From Octopus vulgaris (lineage: Eukaryota): DNA of 64,000 bases. The notes under the pieces were generated by a model that made no database searches, was not told the DNA's origin, and was given only the letters and a program-made list of their open reading frames with translations. Below are positions 1-13,214 of this stretch, in pieces. The stretch covers positions 2,666,001-2,730,000 of the forward strand of contig OX597824.1 in NCBI GenBank assembly GCA_951406725.2, read 5' to 3'. The position numbers and the translations under genes are program-made. Position 1 is the stretch's first letter, and every line of letters starts with the position of its first letter.

Positions 1-471
1 AGACCTCAATGGGGGCAACTCTGTCGTCCCTGGAGCCTTAAAATCTTGTAGAGAAGGGTTCCGAAAGTGTCCATTATTTGTCTTCAGTTCTGACTGAGCA
101 TTTATCAGTGCCATATTAGCGTCGGTACGCTTCCCAAAGTGATGCTGACGTAAGTCTTTTAAGTGACTTTGGTTAAAGAATGTCTTTCTGTGGAGATCAC
201 ACAGTCGGGCAACTTTCTCTTGTTCACTGTTGAGGCTGTTTAATTTACGCCCCAAAAGAAACTGCTGAGTTACGTTGTCATAGAGCAAAACACGAGAAAG
301 CTTCGTTTTCAGAACGAATGCATTTGCCATGCAGTATCTTTTGTTGCCATAGTTGGGAGTGATTCTGGGCGGCCGGTGCATATATTTCAATTTGGCAGGG
401 ATTTCATGAGGATTGATCTCATTCTTCTCTACGGCTATAGTGTTTTTCAGTTTCATCTTCGGATCTACCAT
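1..471 (-). CDS. Coding exon of an unknown protein, open for 157 codons to the window edge (MVDPKMKLKNTIAVEKNEINPHEIPAKLKYMHRPPRITPNYGNKRYCMANAFVLKTKLSRVLLYDNVTQQFLLGRKLNSLNSEQEKVARLCDLHRKTFFNQSHLKDLRQHHFGKR...)
   Basis: Manual translation of the minus strand from the ATG at 471 shows no stop down to base 1. The sequence is complex and non-repetitive. It is preceded by a pyrimidine tract and tandem acceptor (ttctttatattttcag-cag-ATG). It is absent from the ORF track because its stop lies outside the window. No family recognised. Confidence 0.7.
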   Translation of the reverse strand, partial: MVDPKMKLKNTIAVEKNEINPHEIPAKLKYMHRPPRITPNYGNKRYCMANAFVLKTKLSRVLLYDNVTQQFLLGRKLNSLNSEQEKVARLCDLHRKTFFNQSHLKDLRQHHFGKRTDANMALINAQSELKTNNGHFRNPSLQDFKAPGTTELPPLRS

Positions 472-1666
472 CTGCTGAAAATATAAAGAAAATGGACATA
501 TAGAGTCTTGTGTGTGGTAAAAGTAAGGAACACAAAGGGAAAACAATGTAGGAGGTAGAAATTTTAAGAAATGTATTCGTTTAACACTTAAACGAAAGAG
601 AACGAGTTCAGACGTTTCGGCCGCAAGTCTTTCATCAGATAAAATATATTGGAGGAAAATGAATTTAAAAAATTATTGTAGTAAAAAACGGACGAGAAAT
701 TAGGTGCCAGGTGGGATGCGTCTCTACGAGAGAAGGGACAAGGGTGCATATTGGAGTGCTCTTCGGTAGCAAGATATATATATATATATATAGCGCTACC
801 GAGGAGCAATAAATATACATCTTCACACTCTCCTGACGCAGAAAGTACTTTCTCTTCCTTCTTCTACTTCCAATGACTTCAGAAATGTAAACCTACGTGG
901 ACTGTTGGCGATTTTTTCCTGTTTCTAACGAAGAGCTATGCCCGAAACGTAAAACAACTCTCTTCTTTCTCCGAGTGTCATATTAATACATTGCTTGTGC
1001 TACGTCTTCACATTTGCTTGTTTATCGTTTTCTTTTTTCGCTTTTTTTAAAATTGATTTTACACACACACACACACACACACACATAAATAACAACAGTT
1101 GTTTCGTACCTTTAAACATCTATAGATAATTTATTTTATCATATTTCATAATTTATTTTATCGTATTTTAGAAGTAAAGCGCTTACATGTCTACATTAAT
1201 ATGAAAAATCTTTACGTTGCTTAATATCTGCATTAATTTAAAGACTGTCTATATTGAAGCAAGCATGTAAGTACTTTACTTGTCATAAAATATAATAAAA
1301 TAAATTATCTCTACATGTTTTAAGTTGCGAAACAGTTGTTGTTATATAACAGAGCGATATTGCTCCCCTGGGGTGGTGGAAAATTCTAAGGGGTATGAAG
1401 AAAAGCGGGGTGATAGTAGGGTAGCAATTCATGTCAAAAGTGGGGCGATAATAGGGTAAAAACAACAAAATAATGGGTTCCTTAAGTTAAGTTTTATTTG
1501 TGAAATGCAGTTCCTTTAAATTTGCTTCAGAAAGAGGTCTATGTCTGGGATGGGTAGTTGGGGTAGGGTGCTGGGTGCGAAGGGGGCGGAAGCCTGGAAA
1601 AGTTTGGGAATCATTGTTATACAAGAATTTCCAATGGTTAAATAAATCTTATCATACTGCGGTATA

Positions 1667-1738
1667 GCCGTGATCGTCTGGTGGTTAGGACCCCACGTTG
1701 TGGCCGTGGTAACCCAGGTTCGCATCCTGGTCACGGCA
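1667..1738 (+). tRNA. trnH: tRNA-His(GUG), variant copy with A14G and A58C
   Basis: GCCGTGA-TC-GTCTGGTGGTTAGGAC-C-CCACG-TTGTGGC-CGTGG-TAAC-CCAGG-TTCGCAT-CCTGG-TCACGGC-A folds into a full cloverleaf with a GTG anticodon. It matches the invertebrate tRNA-His type apart from two positions. A T-run terminator follows at about 1750. Confidence 0.9.
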
Positions 1739-2492
1739 GCGCAGTATAATTTTAAACGGCGGTGCATCAGCATGGCCGCAGCTCTGAGCTGAAACTAAAA
1801 AAGAGAAGAAAGCGATCCTATAATTCTCTCGTTATTTCTAACTTTATTCACTCCTAATGGTTTTCTTTTGTGTCGTTCTATATATCCAGTGTTCTGTAGA
1901 ATGATACATTAAAGAGATTTTTTTTTATAAGCACCACTGGATTAGCTGAATTTGTGTTTGTGTGTGTATGTATTTATATATATATGTGTGCGTATGTGAC
2001 TGTGTATGCGAGAAGTTTTCTATAGGTGTGCATGTACAAATAACACAAACACACATATGCATGCATGCAAAGATACCCATACAAATACTCAAATACACTT
2101 GTGAACATGAATACATATATATATTTACATATATATGCATGCTTGAATACATACATAAATATACATACACACATATGCTTGCATACAAGTCATCCGTCCA
2201 TCCATCCACACAGATGCATACATACAAATCCACCCATACATATACACACGCAAACATACCACATGTGCACTGATGTATGATGGCGATATTCTCCGGGGAA
2301 CCTGTTTGACACGTGTTCTACAAGAATCACTGCTGCGAACGGAAATACATTCAGTGGGGTTCAGGAAGGGAACATAAAATATAAGGACCACGCAATAATA
2401 ATTGCTCAGTAGTTTTCTAACATTAAGTTCTGTTATCAGATTTCCTGGTCGTTGTATCAAGTCAGTGTTTCCTTCCATGCGTGTACACGTAT

Positions 2493-2536
<44 letters not shown>

Positions 2537-2899
2537 GCGCGCGCGCATATGTGTATGGATTAAGAGTCCAAGCTGTATCCTCGTGAAGCACATTTGCACG
2601 TTCCAGTAATCTGGTTTTACCTTAAATCTGGTTGAATATTTGTTGTAAGTTCTGGTAAATCATATTTGCTGAGTAAGTAGATCTTAAAATAAATAACAGG
2701 AATTTTGGTAGAGTTTCAATTCCATGTTAAACGTTTTCATTACAGTAAAGGAAAAACATTAGGAACATCGTCTTTTAGAGTCCGATTTCTGCACAATGCC
2801 AGTAAATCCGGTTACATCGACCCTTCTACTCAACTGCGACTTATTTTACCGACTCCAAAAAAATGAAAGCCAAAATCGACCTCAAAATATTAATAGATT

Positions 2900-3786
2900 T
2901 ACTTGGTTCGATCAATAAGTATCCGGACTATTGCTATAGTAACGAAGCTAAACCACGCAGAGTGAAGCTGCTCTACACAGATTGACCTTAAACTTTGCTG
3001 TGCATGCGAACTAAGTTTTAACGTTCTGTCTCGCTTCCGTTGTTTACAGCAGTGCTTGGAAGGAACGTGTGTAGCGTGTGATCGTCGCATTGACCATGAC
3101 AGAGAAAGTTGAGCAGAGAACCTGCATCAAATTTTATCAAAATCTTGGTGATTCCTGTTCAGAGGCCTACGCAAAGTTTTCAAAATGTTTTCATCGTTCT
3201 CGACACAATCAAAGAGATCTTGTGCAACTGGAAACCCGAGTGTTTTTGGTCAGCTGTAAATAGTTTTGGCACAAACTTGGCAGACAGGCATCACATACCT
3301 AAACCTTCTGTGATAATAGACTGAACTGAACCGTAACTAATCTGCACATTTTCTGATAACTCACAGATGGTGATTCGACGATTCCCCTCACACATATCTG
3401 CGATGTTTTTACCAATACTGCTGGTTGTGGGTCTCCCAGAACATCCGGCAATATCGACATTATTTCGGCCATCTTAGAAACGTCTGAACCATTCGTACCT
3501 CTGTGTGCGACACATACACTCTTCTCCATACACTTTCTGCAACTTTGTGTTGGCCTCCATGTAGCTGTCACCATGACAACATTCTCTGTCATGGTCAATG
3601 CGACGATCACACGCTACACACCTCCCTTCCAAGCACCGCTGTAAACAGCGGAAATGTTCAAGAACGTTACACTTGGTGCATATGCACAGCAGAGTTCAGG
3701 GTGAATTTGTGCCAAGTGGCTTTACTCTGCGTGCTGTAGCTTCGTTATTATGGCAACAGTCCAGATACTTATTGATCAGATCTCGT
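2900..3786. mobile_element. Mariner-derived non-autonomous foldback element made of two inverted 5' ends
   Basis: About 200-bp inverted arms (about 2909-3107 vs 3583-3779). The plus arm encodes a mariner N-terminus (MTEKVEQRTCIKFYQNLGDSCSEAYAKF). The minus strand carries a degenerate mariner HTH region (YGEEC..RTQRYEWFRRF, SGRPTTS, RRITICELSE, SAKFVPK). Confidence 0.8.
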
Positions 3787-3800
3787 TCGATCTTCATAGA

Positions 3801-3958
3801 CAGGGGCGGACTGAGAGTATTAGGGGCTCTCAGGCTTAACTGTTTACCGTGCCCTTTTGAATGTGTGTTTTAGCAGAGTTAACATGTAGAGTGCGGGCCC
3901 CTCAGAGCTCCGGGCCCTCGGGCAGTGCCCGACTGACCGATGGCTCAGTCCGCCCCTG
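3801..3958. mobile_element. hAT-type MITE, 158 bp
   Basis: Perfect 15-bp TIRs CAGGGGCGGACTGAG / CTCAGTCCGCCCCTG and a perfect 8-bp target-site duplication TTCATAGA (3793-3800 and 3959-3966). Confidence 0.9.
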
Positions 3959-4634
3959 TTCATAGATTATTGCCGTCTCCTTGTATTTCCTTGTTGTCAG
4001 TAACATATCTGACTTTCCAACCATGACCTCTTAGATGACTATTCAGCTCTGCTGCATATCTGCGCGGCTTGAAGCATAGGTGACTAACAAAAGTTGTAAC
4101 TTACTGTGGGTTTCGAACAGGTTACCTTTGCGTGCGTCTCCATGCTTCCATCGCAGGAGGTCTTCCAGCAGAAGGAATAACAAATGAAATCACCGTAAAA
4201 AGACGTGTGTACGCCATTGGATTAACTGTGATAAACGCTTGTAGAACACGGGCACCACATTTTGAGTCACCGTGATTAGTGCTTAATGACAGACCGAAAA
4301 GAGATGACTAGTAATCACATGAAACCGCAGGTATTACATCAGAATGTCCCTCTCCAAGAAAAAATGATGTGACAACAGCTAAAGATCCCTCACTCCCGGA
4401 GGTTCTACTGCAAGCCCTGTCACCAACCGAAGGTATATCTGCGTCCCCGCGATCAGATGGATTATTGTCACATATGCTAGATAATCCATATCTGGGACCC
4501 AGACAAGTATTACTACTTAGAGTGAGTAGACCTGGGAATGACAGTGGCAAAAGCCTGAAACTCCCGAATCAGAGCCCCACGATCGGATGCAATACACACA
4601 CACACACGTGCACACGTATACATACGCACACGTC

Positions 4635-4790
4635 GAGCTTCTTTTAGTTTCCGTCTACCAAATCCACCTATAACGATTTGATGGGCCCGAGGCTATCGTA
4701 AAAGACATTTGCTAAAGGTGCCACGCAGTGGGACTGAATTCGGAACAATGCGATTGGGAAGCAAGACCCTGGTCACACAGCCACACCTGC
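4635..4790 (-). mobile_element. tRNA-derived SINE, family A
   Basis: Reverse complement of the recurring motif ggctgtgtggtaagaagcttgcttccc...cagtcccactgcgtggcacctt...gatttggtagacggaaactgaaagaagc. Confidence 0.75.
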
Positions 4791-4801
4791 ATATATATTT
4801 A

Positions 4802-4907
<106 letters not shown>

Positions 4908-6033
4908 CACACACACACACATATATATACATACATATATATGTGTGTGTGTATGTATATATGTATATGTATATATAATACTTGCACAAAGGCACGCACT
5001 TGCACGTACGTACACACTCAAAACAGAGACACGCAAACATTCATCCATGCATCCATTCGTCTACGCTCCAGTAAGCAAATCTATCGAATGCATAATCAGC
5101 ATTTGTTATCAGCGAAATAAATCGATGTCGATGATTTATACAGAACAAACTTACACCTAGGACCAGGATATAGTTATGGGTTTTTTAGAAATCAATAGCA
5201 ATCAAGGTTGACTTGCAGACTCACGAAGAGCTTTAGAACATGTTGTGACCATGAAATTATTTAATGGAAGAATCTAAATATTTAGTAACTATGTTGATGG
5301 TAACTTGAAGCTGGTCACTAAGGAAGTTTTATTGACCAACTTTGCAGGAAGTGAATGTGACATGTTGTCGACACGGTACTGGATCCCATATTTGCAAAGA
5401 CGAGTTGCAGTTGTTCATTCGGTCCTGAACATAATAAGTCAATTGCTAAAAAGCATTCGTGAAGTAAAATCATGTAGCAACACCGAATGGCGGTGCCCCA
5501 GCATGGCCACAGCTCGTGAGCTGAAACTAGATGAGATGAGATGAAAAAGTGGTTTGTTTCTGAACACTCTGGCGAAATGGAAATTGTGTATGAATTTAGA
5601 ACCTGAAGGTGTGGGTGTACATGTAAATAGCACAAAAGGCGGGTAGTTGGCCTCTGTCAATTGACTACATCAAATGAGATTGTAGGGTGGACGAGATTGA
5701 AAAGGTTGAGAACAGGGGACATTTTGCTCTCAATCATAAAAAGTCTGATAGCTTTAAGAACCCATTGAAGAAAACTCTAGAAATCTAACAAGTCAAAAGG
5801 TGCCTAGAATAATCCAGAAAGAAACAGATTCGAATGCTTTCTTGTAATTCAACCATGTGGAAATCATGTGTGCTTGTTAGTTTTTTCTTTAGGGTTTTCA
5901 CATCAATGGCTTGGATCTCATCAAGTGGCCCAAATCTTCGTTTAAGTACTGGCACTGCAAAATCATTGTGGACCACTGTTTATTGAATGCAGAGAGTTCT
6001 GAGGTCCGAATTTTCTTTATGCATGCATGTATG

Positions 6034-6067
<34 letters not shown>

Positions 6068-6176
6068 TGTATGTATGTATGTATGTATGTATGTATGTAT
6101 GTATGTGTTGTATGTATGTATGTATGGGTGCGTGCATGTACGTATGTATGCATGTATATATTATGTATGGACATAA

Positions 6177-6218
<42 letters not shown>

Positions 6219-6883
6219 GTAAGGTCCAGGATTCGAGGTGTAGGAAGAAAGTTAGCTTCAAGCAATCCGTAGAAAAAAAAACACAATTTTCAGGGACAAT
6301 ATTGGTTTATTGAGACGGAAGGTTGTCGATTTTTTCATATCGAACTACGATAAACTGAAAACAAGTGCCTTTTATATTTCACGGTAGGTGACCAGGATTG
6401 CCGGGTGTGCGATTGCGTATATGAACACAAGAGTTAAGGAATGGAGTAAATAAGATCCGTGCTACATATGTTTCATAGCGAGCGGAATCTCAACATTGGT
6501 AAATATCCAAGCGAGGTGTATACTGCAGGCTACACTTCGAAGGATAAATATCATTATGATATATATTGTGTACAATTATCATAGAGTTATTATACCATGA
6601 GCCTTCCATAGTAGCTTTCACTCCGTAACTCGCAAAGATATTTGCAAAAATATTGTTTATGTAGTATCAAGACAGTTTAACTATACATTAACTAAATTTG
6701 ACTGAAATTGATGAGTGAGCGTTTGGATAATCGGTTTCGCAAGGAGCCATGAAAGCGTCGATTTGTGAGTTCGATTCAGCCTGAGGCTAGATCATCATTT
6801 TTCAGTCATTTGTTTAGATTTAAAAATTGTCGCTTCAAGTCGGAGAATAATTATCATTATGATATATATTATATACAATTGTT

Positions 6884-6965
<82 letters not shown>

Positions 6966-7228
6966 AGACAAAGAATGATTTGAACACATATTTAATCATC
7001 AGTTACAGTTGTTTCTGTACCAAATCATATTTTTATGTGCGTGACGTTGTGCGTTGCATGTGTGTGCGAATGCACAAATGCAAATAAATGGGCATGTGCT
7101 CTCGGATGGGTGGGAGTGTGTGTGTGTGTGTTTGCGCGTATGCACTGATTGATTAGTAGACTTTGTCCAACTTGGTAGTAAAGACTATGTTAGCTTCAGG
7201 CAGCATAGAAATGACAATGTGAATGATT

Positions 7229-7265
<37 letters not shown>

Positions 7266-7695
7266 CACATGAGCACACGTATTCTGTATGTCTATAAAAT
7301 ATTAACGGTTAAGTACGTTATATGTAGAATCATTAACAAACACCTTCATATAAACTTACCCAACGTGTGTGTATGTGTGTGTGTATGTGTGTGTGCGTGT
7401 GTGTGTGTGGCAGCTTCCACAGATCCACATATTGACTTTGCCTGAAGCATGAGCAAGCTCTTATTTTCCCCACCTAAAGTTTATAATATGAAGGGGAAGT
7501 TATGGTGGAAATATCAATAAAATCCATTAACTGTTTGTAGCAGATGTATAGCGATGTATAAAACATATATATACATGGACAGGCATATATGTGTGCGTGT
7601 GTCTGCGCGCGTGCGTGTGTCTGCGCGCGTGCGTGTGTAAAGGTATATATATATATATATAATATATACATTCATATATACATATATATACACAC

Positions 7696-7727
<32 letters not shown>

Positions 7728-7736
7728 GTATATATA

Positions 7737-7799
<63 letters not shown>

Positions 7800-7804
7800 A
7801 TATG

Positions 7805-7836
<32 letters not shown>

Positions 7837-9322
7837 TGTATGTATGTATGTATGTATGTATGTATGTATGTATATGTATGTATTGTAGGTGCGTGTAAGC
7901 AGAGATATCATCGAAACGAAACAAAAGATTAACTTTAAGCTGAGAATATATGTTTAGACTAGTCTGAGAGAGAGGGGGAGAGGGAGGAGGGAGGGATAGC
8001 AAATATAGACGGAGTGCAGCGTCCTGTAGCCATTAATACTTCTTACTGTGTCACCGTTCGAAGCTCCGTTTCCCGACTGCGTATCGATCTGGAGAACTCC
8101 ATTCTTTACGTTGTAAGCGAATCGGGTCGAAGATTACAAATAAATAAATGAAATGAATCCCTCTTCAATTTGTGGTCATCTAGCTGCTGCTTAAGCTCAG
8201 AATATTTCTAGCTGACCCATGGCTAAAGGCTCTGACCACCCCGTTTTATATTTCAGGACGACGGCAAAGAAAGATGGTTCGTTATGATTTTCAGGAGCAC
8301 TGGTTGCTACTTCTCGCATGATTGATGGTCACATAGTTATTTATCCGTTGGTTTGTTCTATCTACGTTTTCTCTACGGACGTCGACTAATGATTGTTGAA
8401 GCTGGACATAAGCGGCATTGATGTCACCAGCTTCCAAGCTCCTGCAACTTTCCCCTTCATTCGAACCGAAATTGACACTCTTTCCGATTTAGCAAAAATA
8501 AAATTAAACCAATTACGGAATAAGATTTGTTAGCCAAATAATGAATGATTAAAGTTGCTGTATTGTTGTTGCATGACTAGATTCAGTGAAACTGTATCAG
8601 TGACCAGGCCGCAGATGGTGCGACGAAAATTTTGACATCAAATTATAAATGTTTAAATGAAGTTAACACATTTTGTGTGTTTTTGAATGGCTAATATGTG
8701 TCTTGCACGCAATAAAAATTAATTACTTGAACCGAAATCGAACTTTGTTTCTCGGGATACCTTCTCAGTAATGATCCGTTTTTAGATTGCGGCGATTGTA
8801 GACTGGATCATGTATTGTAAGGATTAATTAATAACAGAATCACCACCAAAGTCATCATGGAGTAGTGTTTTTTTTATTTTTATAAGAATGTGCATGCGTG
8901 TGTGTGTGTGTGTGTGTGTGTGAGTGTGTGTGTGTGAGTGTGTGTGTGTGAGAGCGGGGGGCATCTCTTAGAATGGCTACGATCATTTAAATTTAAATAG
9001 TTTTAGAACTTTAAAAATTTCCAGCGTCATGATTTAAGAAGAAGAATTATATGAAGATGCAAATTCTAATTTTTGTCTTATCATCTTTAAAGAAGAAATG
9101 ATAAAGACATTACTTTTCCTCAGGTGTGCGCTTGTTAAAATCCGTAGTTAAACTTGTAGATTTAATATACCCAATTGTCATTTTATATTTTTACTACAAT
9201 GCTGTTTGCTAATCTTTTTTCTTTGTTTGCTAATCTTTTTTCTTTGCTAATTTTTTCTTTTTTTTTCTTTTCTCTAAAATTTTTTCCCCTGTTCGAAGGC
9301 AAATATTAACAACATATTACCC

Positions 9323-9404
<82 letters not shown>

Positions 9405-9429
9405 CGAATGTTAAGATTGACTGCTGTCG

Positions 9430-9620
9430 GAATTGGTAACACGCCAAGTAAAATGCTTAGCAGCATTTCATCGGTCTTTGTGTTCTGAGTTCAAGTTCCA
9501 CCGAGGTCAACTGTGCCTTTCATCTTGTTGGAATCGATAAAATAAGTACCAGTTAATCATTGGGGGTCGATGTAATCGACATATCCCATCCCCTAGTATT
9601 ACTGGCCTTGCGTCCAAAAT
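9430..9620 (+). mobile_element. SINE, family B
   Basis: Contains gttctgagttcaa.ttcc.ccgaggtc.actgtgcctttcatc...aagtaccagtt...ggggtcgatgtaatcgac, shared with copies at 9860, 34185, 42015 and 54921. Confidence 0.7.
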
Positions 9621-9859
9621 TTGATACCAATATTAGCTTGCATAGGAATTGCTAGCCTTATGGTCCCAGACAGTCCACCTGAAGCTTACCGATTACGACC
9701 AGGTCTCGTGGACAAGAAGCAAATAAAGAAAAGCATCGCAACTCTAGAATCGAGCCTGCTTTGGAAAAAAACCCCAAAAAACCAAAGTCTCTTTGAACTA
9801 ACATTATTCTAAGCAGAGAGAATATTGTGACGCGAAAAAAGTTACAATATTCCAAAGAT

Positions 9860-10010
9860 ACTACGTTCTGAGTTAAAATTCCGCCCAAGTCGACTTTGCT
9901 TTTCATCCTTTCGAGATCGATGAAATAAGTACCAGTTACACACGGGGGTCGAGGTAATCGACTGTCCCCCTCCCCCAGATTCCAGGCCTTTTGCCTATAG
10001 TAGAAAAGAA
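9860..10010 (+). mobile_element. SINE, family B (partial)
   Basis: Same core motif as the other family B copies. Confidence 0.7.
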
Positions 10011-10052
10011 TATTCCAAGGATAATTGGGATAACACTCAAATTTCCATAACT

Positions 10053-10089
<37 letters not shown>

Positions 10090-10108
10090 ATATGTATATA
10101 CGTATATG

Positions 10109-10193
<85 letters not shown>

Positions 10194-10196
10194 GCA

Positions 10197-10244
<48 letters not shown>

Positions 10245-10247
<3 letters not shown>

Positions 10248-10560
10248 GGTCATCATTCAACTTGTCCAGCCATTCTTCTGCAAACTGCAAGCGATGTTCT
10301 GGATCATCTTCCACTAATCCATGAATCAAACAAGGGATATAAGGATACAGTTTCATATCATGGAGAAAGCATCTTAAAGAAGTCCTTGAAATGTTCAGAA
10401 GATCTGATAAACATCTTGCGATGATTTGAAAATTTTAGGTCAGATATTGCCGAGGCAGGGACAGAAGTGCCTCGTGAAAATATCTGTTCCGATCTGGCTA
10501 TTTCTTACTGACGAATCTAAGGGCCTATGGAAGATTGGCTTGATTTAATTTAATCAGGTT
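10245..10560 (-). mobile_element. Degenerate Tc1/mariner-superfamily transposase fragment
   Basis: [37 protein letters not shown] resembles the 'PY..L.H.L.EDD..RR..F.E' segment that precedes the DDE/D domain of Tc1-like transposases. Confidence 0.5.
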
Positions 10561-10825
10561 AGTTTACCATTAAACAAGAGATGAAACGGTGCATCGTATA
10601 AGAAATTACAGGGTAAATGTTTTTTAATTTTCTCCTGGTTTGCGGAATTAATGTTATTTTGCGGTCGAAGCTTTGGCTGTTATTTCTAGTGGGTGAATGG
10701 CCTATTATGGCCGTTCCTTGATTGTGATGTTGAACTTATAAATGGTCTATGACTATTTAATTTTTTCCCACTAGGCCGCTGGTGGCAAAAAAATTCTACA
10801 AAATTTTTTTGCCACCCTATATTGA

Positions 10826-10943
<118 letters not shown>

Positions 10944-10947
10944 GTGA

Positions 10948-11285
10948 ATGCGCATGGCTCAGTGGTTAGAGCGTCGAGCTTACTATCGTAAGGTTACGAC
11001 TTCGAATCCCGGACCGAGTTGCGTGTTGTGTTCTTGAGCAAGACATTTTATTTCATGTTGGTTCAGTTCACTCAGCTGTAGAAATGAGTTGCGACGTCAC
11101 TGGTGCCGAGCTGTATCGACCTTTGCCTTTCCCTTGGATAACATCAGTGGCATGCAGAGGGGAGGCTGGTATGCATGGGCGACTGCTGGTCTTCCATAAA
11201 CAACCTTACCCAGACTTGTGCCTGGGAGAGTAACTTTCTAGGTGCAATCTCAGGGTCAGTCATGACTGAAGTGGGTCTCAGCTCA
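10948..11285 (+). mobile_element. tRNA-derived SINE, family C
   Basis: A box (tggctcagtggttagagcg) and B box (ttcgaatccc), followed by a non-tRNA body (gtgttcttgagcaagaca...cagctgtagaaatgagt). Confidence 0.75.
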
Positions 11286-11322
11286 GCACAGCACGTATAT
11301 ATATATATATGTTATATATATA

Positions 11323-13214
11323 TTAAGGTATGTAGAAAAATACAACATGGACAAGAACGTATAACTCTTAGAAGACGACACAATAAACACGGACAGGACA
11401 TTCGAAACCCTCAGTCTTCAGTCAAGAACCGGATCATCGTAGTAATTTCGGCTGATTAATCTTGAGATTACTAGATCACGGCCAGCCCTCCAAGAAAAAC
11501 CAAGCAACGAGCATTAGAAAAACTAAGCTGGAAGCGTAGATTTCCTGGAAGAAGGATCGAATGCATACGAACACCAGGACAGCAAAAGGGACAGATATAA
11601 AAAAACAAAAAACAATAATGGAATACAGAAACATGAAATACAGAAGCATTAACGGTGAAAACAACAGTGTCTTACGACTGATGACAAGCAAACAAATTTT
11701 TTCTCTGGCGCAATGGAAAAAGCCTTTATAGTGGCGGACGAAAACAGCGATGTTAACAAGACGAGGGTCAGAAACTGAAAGGCAGATTTCGGCCAACAGT
11801 CACGTGACAGAGAAGAGGGAAAAGAAAAGAAAGAGAAGCAAAGGAAGAGAGAGAGAGAGGAGAGAGAGAGAGGAGGGACAAACGCAACAAAGAGAGAGAA
11901 GAGAGAGAAAGAAGGAATCAGAGAGAAGGGATGGGTGTCGAAGAATGACCTGTGAGTGCAGAGCGAGACAAAGAAATAGGAGGGTAGTGGAAGACTAGAC
12001 CAAAGAATCAGAGGAAAGAGAAGAGAAAAAGAGGATGAGTAGAGAGAAAAGAGAGAGAGGGGGACAGATCAAGTAAAAATGAGAGAGAGAGAGAGACAAA
12101 CAGAGAGTCGTACCAATTATTAAGAATATGTGCTCACATAAATGTTAAGGGGGGTACGGGGCGCCTGGAATATATGTTAAGGTATGTAGAAAAATACAAC
12201 ATGGACAAGAACGTATAACTCTTAGAAGACGACACAATAAACACGGACAGGACATTCGAAACCCTCAGTCTTCAGTCAAGAACCGGATCATCGTAGTAAT
12301 TTCGGCTGATTAATCTTGAGATTACTAGATCACGGCCAGCCCTCCAAGAAAAACCAAGCAACGAGCATTAGAAAAACTAAGCTGGAAGCGTAGATTTCCT
12401 GGAAGAAGGATCGAATGCATACGAACACCAGGACAGCAAAAGGGACAGATATAAAAAAAAAAACAAAAAACAATAATGGAATACAGAAACATGAAATACA
12501 GAAGCATTAACGGTGAAAACAACAGTGTCTTACGACTGATGACAAGCAAACAAATTTTTTCTCTGGCGCAATGGAAAAAGCCTTTATAGTGGCGGACGAA
12601 AACAGCGATGTTAACAAGACGAGGGTCAGAAACTGAAAGGCAGATTTCGGCCAACAGTCACGTGACAGAGAAGAGGGAAAAGAAAAGAAAGAGAAGCAAA
12701 GGAAGAGAGAGAGAGAGGAGAGAGAGAGAGGAGGGACAAACGCAACAAAGAGAGAGAAGAGAGAGAAAGAAGGAATCAGAGAGAAGGGATGGGTGTCGAA
12801 GAATGACCTGTGAGTGCAGAGCGAGACAAAGAAATAGGAGGGTAGTGGAAGACTAGACCAAAGAATCAGAGGAAAGAGAAGAGAAAAAGAGGATGAGTAG
12901 AGAGAAAAGAGAGAGAGGGGGACAGATCAAGTAAAAATGAGAGAGAGAGAGAGACAAACAGAGAGTCGTACCAATTATTAAGAATATGTGCTCACATAAA
13001 TGTTAAGGGGGTACGGGGCGCCTGGAATATATGTTAAGGTATGTAGAAAAATACAACATGGACAAGAACGTATAACTCTTAGAAGACGACACAATAAACA
13101 CGGACAGGACATTCGAAACCCTCAGTCTTCAGTCAAGAACCGGATCATCGTAGTAATTTCGGCTGATTAATCTTGAGATTACTAGATCACGGCCAGCCCT
13201 CCAAGAAAACCAAG

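Noticed and set aside
10948-11020. Additional tRNA genes at the SINE heads (also 63463)
   Set aside because: A/B boxes are present but there is no complete cloverleaf, and the sequence continues into repeat bodies.
11400-11440. Hammerhead in the 855-bp tandem unit (minus-strand CTGAAGA)
   Set aside because: The required GAAA and stems I/III could not be formed convincingly.
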